Source of the DNA: Phoronis australis
Taxonomy: Eukaryota; Animalia; Phoronida
Reading direction: 5' to 3'
Assembly: GCA_002633005.1 (NCBI GenBank)
Contig: NMRA01000195.1
Location: 475,628-539,627, forward strand
Length of the DNA: 64,000 nt
The position numbers and the translations under genes were made by a program. Positions 51,201 through 60,063 of the stretch are shown piece by piece. The first letter of the stretch is position 1. Every line of letters starts with the position of its first letter. The notes beneath the pieces were generated by a model. The model was not told where the DNA came from. It saw only the letters and a program-made list of their open reading frames with translations, and searched no databases.

Positions 51201-52175
51201 GGATGTTGTTCTGGGGTTTGGAGGCTATAAACATTTCTCAAAATGTGGAACAGTTTGCTCTTGAGCACTCGGTATTTCCTACGAGTACATAAATATGCAG
51301 AAAATGCAGCCTTATACGGAGACTCTGGCTGGGCATAAAGTATTAGCCAGGACTTTGCCCGTCATGCACCCCGAACTGCCAAATGGAGTCTTGGAAAATT
51401 TTAGGGAGGCCATGGCCCCCTCGCCCCCCCCCCCCCTTAAATCCGCCAGTGCTTTTTTCAAAAAGTTGTGCCCAGCAAAGTTGGTGTACATAAATTCCAC
51501 TGCCAGCCCTCCCTTGTATGATTATTTTAAGTTCACTAATTTACTATTGGTTTTTTGACACCTGCTGGGATCGAAATTCTCCCCCTTTATCAGCAAAAGC
51601 CACTATCTTTGTAGCGGATATATCTTCGCACTGAGAAATGTAAAGAACAGGACCTCCTTGCTCATCAATTGATATTTCAAAAGGTTTGCCTTTTTCGTAA
51701 GGCATTGGTTTATCCCATCGCACTGCATCGGCAATGAACATGCGTTATAATAGCAGGAAAGTGATAAAACGTTGTTTATACCAGTAGCAATCTTTCGCAG
51801 TAGGTTGAAACCTCCGTTTCACATTACACGGTAACTGTACGTGATGGTGAACTTCTGTCAACCAAACATCTGATCGCCGTCTGACGGGTTAGAGAATTTC
51901 GTTATGGCGCGGCTATTTCGAAAGTCACCTATTAAAACGGTATCTGAGTGATTGCGACGACGTGACTGTTGGCGTATCCCGTCACCTCTCGACCACTGAC
52001 CACACAGAAATTTTATCAGGAAAAACATACCTCCCAGATGTTGTGAAAGTATAATATCAACTTACCCCGATCCAGCGGCTGACGTCGATTCAATGCTATG
52101 TATTCTTATTTTGTTGGCGATGTCTTTCAAGACTTGCATCTTTTCTTGGTCCGGCAGTCCAACCTTTGCGTCCAT
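36069..52175 (-). CDS. TKT: Transketolase (animal TKT-type), complete 12-exon CDS, 629 aa
   Basis: Exons 52175-52066, 50367-50250, 49877-49764, 43022-42925, 42377-42186, 41685-41558, 41039-40843, 40343-40230, 39838-39631, 39265-39051, 38380-38164 and 36247-36069 sum to 1890 nt in phase. Motifs: [30 protein letters not shown]...NRLGQS (ThDP binding), HGKP, EQNM, RAYDQIR, HCGVSIG.DGPSQM, VEDHY.EGG. Confidence 0.95.
36850..38121 (-). mobile_element. Internally deleted Gypsy LTR retrotransposon relic in the last TKT intron
   Basis: Putative LTR 38121-37829 (TGT...ACA) is followed by the primer-binding site TGGCGACGAGGA (37826-37815). A frameshifted gag follows: [16 protein letters not shown]...[14 protein letters not shown]..., [15 protein letters not shown]...IQKRL....LTFAKA. 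Confidence 0.8.
38164..38380 (-). CDS. TKT: Transketolase coding exon 11
   Basis: [19 protein letters not shown]...[11 protein letters not shown]...VVEDHYYE. Confidence 0.92.
39051..39265 (-). CDS. TKT: Transketolase coding exon 10
   Basis: [20 protein letters not shown]...[13 protein letters not shown]...FQIGQAK. Confidence 0.92.
39631..39838 (-). CDS. TKT: Transketolase coding exon 9
   Basis: [23 protein letters not shown]...[27 protein letters not shown]. Confidence 0.92.
40230..40343 (-). CDS. TKT: Transketolase coding exon 8
   Basis: [38 protein letters not shown]. Confidence 0.9.
40545..40770. repeat. Imperfect foldback (palindromic) element centred near 40662
   Basis: taaaaacactttaaa...gctttcgaa...tgggtg / caccca...ttcgaaagc...tttaagtgttttta. 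Confidence 0.6.
40843..41039 (-). CDS. TKT: Transketolase coding exon 7
   Basis: [24 protein letters not shown]...QPNYKRGEM. Confidence 0.9.
41558..41685 (-). CDS. TKT: Transketolase coding exon 6
   Basis: [42 protein letters not shown]. Confidence 0.9.
42186..42377 (-). CDS. TKT: Transketolase coding exon 5 (ThDP-binding motif)
   Basis: [20 protein letters not shown]...DCNRLGQS...RLEAF(G). Confidence 0.92.
42925..43022 (-). CDS. TKT: Transketolase coding exon 4
   Basis: [32 protein letters not shown]. Confidence 0.92.
43886..45174. mobile_element. Internally deleted Kolobok-type DNA transposon (TTAA TSD) with a THAP-domain remnant
   Basis: ttaa|agagttcccacc ... ggtgggaactct|ttaa. The + strand at 44111 reads [11 protein letters not shown]...VFNFPK....QKWHRFV[MITE]RRT.VW....HF (THAP pattern). 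The - strand has an acidic [11 protein letters not shown] segment. Confidence 0.8.
44221..44365. mobile_element. Dimeric CATGGGCGGCGCA MITE inserted in the THAP remnant
   Basis: TIR catgggcggc/ccacccatg, flanks tttgt/attgt; removing it restores the THAP reading frame. Confidence 0.8.
45240..46590. mobile_element. Composite dispersed repeat with short subterminal tandem units (GGTTCACTACTCYGAA / TTCGGARTAGTG)
   Basis: 45240-45970 aligns by eye with 57270-57700, and 46140-46270 with 58485-58600; inverted tandem units lie at 45700-45780 and 46490-46590. Confidence 0.6.
46774..46910. mobile_element. Dimeric CATGGGCGGCGCA MITE, 5-bp TSD TAGTT
   Basis: Perfect tagtt duplication around catggggg...gcccatg. 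Confidence 0.8.
48648..49551. mobile_element. Non-autonomous element with a ~165-bp terminal palindrome and TATTTATACCACA inverted repeats
   Basis: Palindrome 48648-48811 centred on cccgaggggcattagccccgag; tttataccaca at 48811 is inverted to tgtggtataaata at 49539-49551. Confidence 0.65.
49388..49460 (+). other. tRNA-derived module (SINE-head-like) inside the palindromic element
   Basis: A box TGGTGTAGTGG (49396), B box GGTTCGACCCC (49439), T-arm-like stem; the acceptor stem does not pair. Confidence 0.6.
49764..49877 (-). CDS. TKT: Transketolase coding exon 3
   Basis: [38 protein letters not shown]. Confidence 0.92.
50250..50367 (-). CDS. TKT: Transketolase coding exon 2
   Basis: [39 protein letters not shown]. 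Confidence 0.92.
52066..52175 (-). CDS. TKT: Transketolase coding exon 1
   Basis: [36 protein letters not shown](G); donor |gtaagt. An acceptor tgcttcag| just upstream suggests an earlier exon, probably UTR. Confidence 0.9.
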
Positions 52176-52188
52176 TTTCTGAAGCAAC

Positions 52189-52275
52189 ATAATAATAATA
52201 TAATAATAACATTGATAATAATAATACTGATAATAGTAGTAACAGGAATAGTAATAAAAATAATGATAATAATAT
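52189..52275. repeat. Degenerate (ATA)n microsatellite next to TKT coding exon 1
   Basis: Directly visible. Confidence 0.8.
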
Positions 52276-53477
52276 CTTTACTGAATAGGAAGCCACCGGT
52301 CCACAGTTCACAATATTATATACAAAATGTATACATGCGTATACAGCCATTAAAGATTCAGTATTTCGCTTCTGACCATCGTTGCAGTTCGTTTATACAT
52401 TAAAGTGTTTTTAAGTTTACTGTCCCCGAGTTTAGCAACGGGACAACCCAACTTATTCCTTATTCCTTAGACCTTCCAGTACTGAACAACGCAACATGAA
52501 ATGTGCTTCTGTCATTCATACAACACCCAAAACATTGTTTAGGAAATCTATCAATATTTTCAAAAAAATACTTGATAGGTCTACACAGGAAAGACATATA
52601 TAAGTCATGACCACCACATTTTTTCATTTGCAATGACGTTGGTTGTCTTACTATCAAAAGGCAATAACCATTTTCAAAATGTTGTTGGATTATGTTCAAT
52701 TTCTTTTCAATAGCTAGTACCCCTCATATTTCTACTCCATGGAATAAAATGAGTGCTGTTACTGTGTCAAACAATTTAAAAGATACTAGATCCCGTTTAA
52801 CACAGAAAGCTCATTGCTTTTTTGCCTTTTGTGCAGCACGTTGTCCAACTAATCTACTAGAAAATTAAATCCCTATATTTCTATAGTAACCGCAATTTTT
52901 CCACTTGACACCTATGTAATACTGTTTTATATTTCTTTCAATAGTCTACCTTTCTTAAAAAACGATTGTGTTTAGTTCCTGGATGTTAAAAGATATATTC
53001 TACCAAACAAAAATTCTATTACATTCAATCGTCTCTGACAACAGAGTCGCCAACTAGAGTACCACCATCGGCATATAGTTATAAATCAAACATTTAATGG
53101 CAAAGGCAATAATTATGACTCTCACTTACACCTGTTCACAATTTTAATTCAATTCCCTTACGAAAATGTAGGACTACATACATTCTTTAGTAAAAAGGAT
53201 TTAGCAGTTGCAACAAGTGGACTAGTTTTCCTTAATCCGCCACTGTTTAAGTGCCTCAATCGTAATGGTTCACACATCTGCTCGCCATAAATTCGAATTG
53301 GCGGGATTCATAAACCGTTCGTCCATGACTCTCTGTTTGTAAAGTCTCGTAAGACATAATCGACATACACGTGAGAGATGAGTGGTATCGTCCCGTTGCA
53401 CACGTTCCTAACGTTTAGAAAATAATCAGCTAGTTCATTTGTTTTTCCCATGCAACTGGGCAAAAACGAAGCATTGC

Positions 53478-54187
53478 TCTAAAACAGTCTCGACCCCACA
53501 NCAACCCCCACGAGCCACAACCCACGACCCCCTCGACCCACGACCTATGGAAATAGAGGTATTTTTGCGCTTTTTCATATTTCATAATCTTAGTACGTAG
53601 CTGAGTGACTTTCCTATAATCTCGAGTCTGCTCTGGCTCAAGTCTGCGGATTAAAAACAGACAGTGGCGTGAGAAGGTGATCTGAAATAGCGGATTGTGA
53701 GCGCGTTATCGGTGTTACGGAAATAACCAATGGCCCAGTTCTACTAAACTAAGGAAGAGAGAGCGTTAACGTGAATGTGCATAATTTTACATTTTTACTA
53801 TATGCTTTCTTCTATATACTCGTTTACAATATACTCCATAAAATGTTGTAATGCTTTTTAGTTAAAGTTTTTTTTTTCAAAATGTATCTACTGATGAAAT
53901 TACAGTGTTGTCGGTTCCTCCCACACTCCACAAAAAAGGTTGAATCCGCCAATCACTCAAGAGCAGACGAGATGATTACACTATGCCGGGAACGACATTT
54001 GTAACGTTGGTAGGTTTTTTATTTGATTTGGTCGTGTTTTTTATGTGCTTATCTTTCAAACTTGCCGAATCGACTCTCTTAAATGCAAAAAAAAAAACAG
54101 GGAACAGTCAGCTGGGCTCACGGCCCAACTCACTGGTTCTGCAAGTCAGCGCTAGTCGTGGGTCGAGGGAGTTGAGGAAGTTTTAGA
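53478..54187. mobile_element. Non-autonomous element with TCTAAAAC termini and subterminal CGACCCA repeats
   Basis: tctaaaac..cgaccccac..cctcgacccacgac at the left is inverted to gtcgtgggtcgaggg..gttttaga at the right. Confidence 0.5.
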
Positions 54188-55968
54188 ACTATCCCTAGAA
54201 GAACCATGAACTGGCACTGTATGCTCTTACATTGCAAACCAATAGCAAACACACAAGGAAATGTCGACCTATTCTATGGTAACCTTCGTTGAATTCTGAT
54301 CAGATATAATGTCATCGTATTTATGCGTTGACAATACCACATGCGTAGTGAGGGTTGCGAACGAGAGCTAGCGTGGTCAGTCATGAGCTTCTCTTGGAAT
54401 GCATGGCGATATCTCGCGATTCTCGAATACTTGTGTGATCTGACTTTCCTTGCAAAAGACATTAGGGCGCGACACAGCGATTGGAACCCGGCTGCCTTCA
54501 ACTTGAAAATAGCAATTCAACAATTTGTGGAAACCACAAAATACTTCTTCCTTTTGGAGATCGTTGGGATCAGGAACTGATCCGGATCCCTCGTTCATGC
54601 ATGAACGAAACCATGAACCTTTCACGACGTGGGACAATCGATTAAACTTCGCTGCCAAACCACTGTAACGAATACACCACCTTTGGTTGTATTACCCTTT
54701 ATGATTTATTTTCTTACGAAACAAGCAAAGCTACAAGCCTACAACTTAAAACATAGAATATGATTGCCATGGCAATCACAGACTGTTGAAGTGCTAGCAA
54801 CCAATTTGTACAATTGTTTTAATCTTAATTTTCGTAGGCCCAGCTTCGAAACTGTAAGAACAGAAACATTTTTTTAAGTAGATGTCTCTGCACTAGAAAA
54901 ATATCGAGTGTCATGAGTCCATAAAGTTAAGTAAGTGAAGCCAAAATGGCTAGTGTCGCATGTTACTATTGAACCAGAAGAAATGGTAAAAAAGATAGTA
55001 AAAAATGTACCTTATCACTCGGCAACACCATGTATATGAAATGACTTCAGTGGGTCCACTGTTTTACATTATTGCTAGATCGACATTCGTAATTCTAGTA
55101 TCAGTAAAGTTTTCGTTATGCACAGGAAGTTGCAAAGCAGATATCAAGATTTTTGAAACACCGAGTTAGGAGCGATGTGATAAATCGTTGCCTGCTTGTC
55201 CGACTCAACCGTAAAACGTAAAAGCCGCCTTACCTTTCGAAGCTTAGGTCATACAATTAAGAAAAGAGAAACCTTTGAAATGCTTATTAATGGAAATATA
55301 AGTCAAGTTCAGACATTGCCGAGAAGCATTATATCTGGGCAAAAGAAGAGAATGACGGATCCGGGATGTGGGAATTATCATAACGACTTTAATATACACA
55401 CCACGAAAAAAATCGCCACCATTACAAATGAATTGCATGAAAGATAACTTTTTGAAAATCAGACGAACTATTCCAGGTACATGACGAATCGTAGCAGCGG
55501 CAGAACAGATTTTAATTGGTTTAAATTGTAGACGTCGTTGTGAACCAAACATAAGTAACGCTCGATGCAGGTGAATACAGCTTGAATGAATAAGACAAAC
55601 GTGCGGAAGAAAGGTGTGTCTTTTGACCTTACAGTGTATGTGATTTAGTGACCTTGGTATTTCACACTGACATAGCTGTGCATGTACCAATCACTTGTAC
55701 AGGTTCCAGCTGGAAATTTATGCTTACATGCCATGACATTTGACCTATAAAAGCAGATTGCTTGACTTGGTTGTTTTAGAAGATAACGGCAAGGAGTGTA
55801 GTACTAGTACACTCCTTGATAACGGTTTAAAGAAACATACCGTGAAACAAGAATAGGCATGAAGTGGTCAAAGAATATTGTTAGTTGTTCTCAGATGAAT
55901 GGACATTTACTCTTGATGCAGAAGAGTTCGAGTGCAACGAACAAATAAAAAATCTACAGAAAAATGCA

Positions 55969-55974
55969 TTTATT
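55969..55974 (-). promoter_or_regulatory. Probable polyadenylation signal (AATAAA) of the ketohexokinase gene
   Basis: tttatt on the + strand about 160 nt downstream of the KHK stop codon. Confidence 0.45.
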
Positions 55975-56131
55975 GAAACCAAAATAGCCACAAATGGCTT
56001 CGTAGTTTTGGAAACGATTGTTGTTATCTATCATTAGTGTGATTTTGAATATTGTAGCTTAAAAGCTTAAAACTGTCAAAGTCACACATCAGGGTTTTTT
56101 GAAAAATCTACGCTTGTGATTCATAGTATCT

Positions 56132-56890
56132 CTAGAAAAATATCAGCCATGAGGTGTATTGTACACCTACGTTATGAGCTTTAAAGTTATGCAGCACATT
56201 TGCATTGATATGGCTTCCCAGGCCTTCAAAGCCATGCATGGACACTTTGGTGCCTGCTATTTTGCAAGCAAAGTTTAAAGCCATCTCCAGATCGCGACCG
56301 TTACGCAACGCAAAAATGGCTGCCGCGTTGAACGTGTCTCCCGCTCCCAAAGTGTCTACCACTTGATCAGGTTTTGCAGCGGGTGCACTAATAACTTTCG
56401 CGTGATCGCTATTCACAGCGGCACTAGCGCCACCTTCGCCCCAAGTGCAAATAACAGTGGCCCTGCAAAGAGAAAGAGTCATTTCAAAATATTTGCTTTG
56501 AAGCCCGTGTTTAAGACATTTTCTGTAACTAGTTGAGGATTCTAACTTGTGTTGCTTTAACGACAAAAATGACAGCACTTGAGCATTTTATAAACATAGC
56601 TTTGTGTTTAAAATTACAATAAGTTGCTACTGCAGTTACTGGCATATGACTTCGCTAATGTTGTTTGACCCCTTAGCCACCTGGCTTTAAACCGACTATC
56701 TCAACTGGTCTCGTCGCTGCCTCTGTTGCTCTCACAGTGTCGCAAACCGGCTTCAAAACGTCGTCAATGTCTTACCCGATCCTCACTTGCTTTGAAAGTT
56801 CTCCTACGGCCTCTTCCTTGGTCTGATATCCGCAAAACTGGGCAAAGTCCTTCCCGACAAATACATAGTCGGCGTATCCCAGTAGACTTT
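56132..56890 (-). CDS. KHK: Ketohexokinase (fructokinase, PfkB/ribokinase family), last two exons; upstream exons not found in the window
   Basis: Exon 56890-56776 (SLLGYADYVFVGKDFAQFCGYQTKEEAVGELSKQVRIG) splices in phase to 56462-56132 (ATVICTWGEGGA...VVDTLGAGDTFNAA...ACKIAGTKVSMHGFEGL). The DTLGAGDTFN PfkB signature and the C-terminal pattern resemble animal KHK. Confidence 0.85.
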
Positions 56891-57269
56891 CTATGGAAGA
56901 ATCAAGATAAATGATCCTGCATTAGCTTACGTTATGTATCACGGGCGGATCCATGAATTTGCGTTAGAGGGGAAGTGGGCAGGATCGCTCACTTGCACGT
57001 AGCGTAAAGTCAGTATTTGAGACTCATTTCTTTTTCACCTTTGTGACTAATGACCGCATTTCCTCAATTACCTAAACATCAAAAAGGTGAGACGAATAAT
57101 CCTACACAGATAATAGAGCAAAAAAGGAGAATTTGCGTGTTAACTGATGAAACCCAGGTTTGTGGAAGTTTCTGCGAAAAGTTACGGCGTTCTGGAAATA
57201 ACGGTCACGAGGCCAAGGTTTTGGTAATAGTGAAAAGTTCACACAAAGTTGGTTCAGCAGGACCGTAGA

Positions 57270-58600
57270 CAGCATTGCGCTGGGGGTGGTTCGAATTTCT
57301 GGAATAGTGGACCTTAGATATTTTGCAAAGGTCTACCCGCCAAATTTTCAAATCAGACGGAGTTTTTTAGTATGAGTATGACTTGACGAAATTTTTATCT
57401 GGTTGCATTTTTGCGTGTTACTTACATCCCTGGATATGGGCACAGCACACTATTCTGAACGTTCAGTACTCCGAAGCTAGGCTCACTACTCCGAAATTAT
57501 CTAAATTTTCGAACCCAGGTTTAATTTTTATACTTTTGCATGCAAAAGTAAACTGTACTTCGGTTATTAGATGCGCTGAGTGGTGTACTACATGTATTAG
57601 TACCGAAAACAACGTCCGCGTACTATTGATTTCATGCGCATACGAAATTGCCTGCATGTCGTACGAATACCGAAAACTAAGTACGTTCTTGCATTTTTAA
57701 AAGGATACCAAATCCGGGTTTGGCCTATTGACCGATAATAAAAATGACTTTCTCACCCAGTTCTCTGAAACAAATAATTCTCTGTAATCATTGACAACCC
57801 TTAAAAGTTTGCTGAAAATTTTGAACACTCCTTTCAAAGTTTGCTAAACGAGCAAGCGTAACCTACGCTTTTTGCGAATTACACGGCAACTGTGACAAAG
57901 GTCCACCCAGCAAGGACCATATTATCCAAACTTTGATATGGGGTGTATGAATTTTCATGTGATTCCTTCCTTAGAAAGGATTCTAAACCCTATTTTGATG
58001 ATTTCAACCAATCCTCGTTCTCTCACTTGCTGTAGCATCATTGGCGTCAATCTTGAAAGATGAAGAAGGAATCAACTAAGAATTCATACCCAATATCTCA
58101 CGAATTGGACATTATGGTCATTGGTTGGTGGTAGTTTCCCACGGACGCGACGTAACTTGCTAAAAGCGTAGGTCACGCTTGCCCTTTAGCAGAATTTGTA
58201 AGGGGTTTTCTGATTTTTCTTAAAACTTTAGACAGTTACCCAGCCGAGCATTATTTTGAGAGAACTGGATGGGAAAGTCGTTTTTAGTATCTGCTAATAG
58301 GACAAAACCTGGTTTGGTATACTTTTAACTTAGAAGATTGACGCCAGTGATTAGCAGGTGACAGAACGAGGATTGGTGGAAATCCTCACAGGGTTTACTA
58401 TCCTTTTAAAAGAATGCGAAGTAGGGATATTGATGAATAATTGCCTCATCCTAAGGAAGTGGTCAAAACTCAATGTTTTTAGAAGGCTACCCTGTTCCTG
58501 CCAGTCTTGACAAAGTCAGAGACTAATATTCAGTTTTCGGGTCGCCGCAGCCCTGACCCGTGCCCCAGATGTTGTCCCTGCTTGAGAATGAGTCGTTAGT
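57270..58600. mobile_element. Second copy of the 45240 composite repeat, interrupted by a palindromic MITE
   Basis: Shared blocks cagcattgc..gggggt.ggttcgaatttctgg, acttcggttattagatgc and ggctaccctgt.cctgccagtctt. Confidence 0.6.
57701..58324. mobile_element. Long-TIR (foldback) MITE with TTAA TSD
   Basis: ttaa|aaggataccaaatccggg... / ...cctggtttggtatactt|ttaa; the arms remain recognisably inverted for >200 bp. Confidence 0.75.
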
Positions 58601-58841
58601 TACATTCAAGAAGTTCGATCGAACCCCCTTACCCCCCTGGCTACTGGCCTGATCAGACGACGGTTCACAGCAGTTTGATAATCCGCCATGTCCCGCTGAG
58701 AAACGTAAACAATAGGATCGGCTAAGCATTATGACGGTGAATTTATTTCACATTGAGCTTCTTTATCCCCGTTCGTGCATTCAGCTGACCGTGACATCTA
58801 CCCGGAAGCATCTCTCTGTAAATCGGCTATCTGCACTTTAA

Positions 58842-59965
58842 CAGCCGATTTCATAAAGGTGGTTTAACAAAATCAGGTTTAAGACTTAAACCTTTTCTTC
58901 CTAAACCTGGTCTACTTTTAGACCTAACTTGCATTTCACCGACGTGATATAAAAGTCTGAAAGCCTGGTTTCGTTAGACAAGGGAGCGGGTTTAGTAAAA
59001 CAAGGTTTAAAGTATCCAAGCCACCCTAACATGTCGCTCTGGATTAACCCAAGAAAGAAACTATTGAAGTGCTTCAATGAAATCTTGAACACGTGGGTAT
59101 ACAACGGCACACACTAGTAGAATCAGTGCAGACATTTGCGAAAAAAGTCTAAAAGCTTTTCTCATGAGGAAAAATGTAATGTCTGTGCCCAACACACGTA
59201 CACACATTAAAGTACATGCTCACGATTAGCTGCAACATAATAAATGCCCAAATTTATTTCCGTGTCATTTTAGTGTTTATTTTTGGGGCCAAAGGGGGGG
59301 CAACATCAAATCGGGGACCAGTGGAGGTAGAAATCAGTCAGAAGAATCTAAAGATGCTGTCTTCAGTCAAGCCGTAGCGCTTACGACGATGACGCCCTAC
59401 TCGACTTATCGTATTCTGAGGAGTCCGAAGGACATCCTCCAGCACGTAGTGGTCTACGCATAGGCGGATTCAAGGGGGTCAAGTGTCTGGATATCAAATC
59501 TATAGTTTTAAAATTGTTGACTTGGTCCTCCCTTTAAAAAAACCTTGACTGACCCCACCCCCTTAAAAATCCTGAACCCGCCCCTTCTACGTTTGAACTT
59601 GTGGCATCGTAAAACTGAATATTGAAAATAGTTCATTCGTGTTCTAAAACAGCGTCGTAAATGCACACCCCGGCATCATTCAGTTGCACCTATATCATGC
59701 AAGTCTGACATATTTTAAAACAGTATTAAACATGGGTCTGACCAAGTCTAAAGTTTAAGATCTTAATGCAGGTCTAAGGAATATAGACCTCGTTGTGAAA
59801 TGAAAACCGACTTAGACCAGGTCTAAACTGGAGTTAAACCAGGTTTTACCAGACCATTGATCTAAAAGTTAAACCACCTTTATGAAATGCAGATTATCTT
59901 TAAACCTGGTCTAAGTCCAGTTTAAACCAGGTTTAACTTTAAAAAAAACTTCATGAAATCGGCTG
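58842..59965. mobile_element. PIF/Harbinger-type non-autonomous element, TSD TAA
   Basis: taa|cagccgatttcataaa ... ttcatgaaatcggctg|taa; subterminal ttaaacc.ggtttaa/ggtctaa repeats. The - strand remnant KRYGLTEDSIF resembles the N-terminus of HARBI1-type transposases. Confidence 0.75.
59459..59586. mobile_element. MITE (CATAGGCGGAT family), 5-bp TSD CTACG, nested in the Harbinger element
   Basis: Perfect ctacg duplication; same family as 24417-24545, 25151-25280 and ~28285-28445. Confidence 0.8.
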
Positions 59966-60063
59966 TAAGCGTCCCAACCTCCCCGAAAATCCATGTTTCG
60001 ACTTTGGCACGCTACAAACGCTTGTGGGACAAACGCTGAAACACGATTGTAGTGTTGACCTTT

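Noticed and set aside
54274-54658. Overlapping ORFs between KHK and TKT as an N-terminal TKT extension or linker gene
   Set aside because: No recognisable motif, and I could not build a convincing in-phase splice path to 52178.
52175-56462. KHK-TKT fusion protein
   Set aside because: KHK has its own stop and a downstream AATAAA, and TKT has a normal N-terminus; no strong donor supports a fusion.
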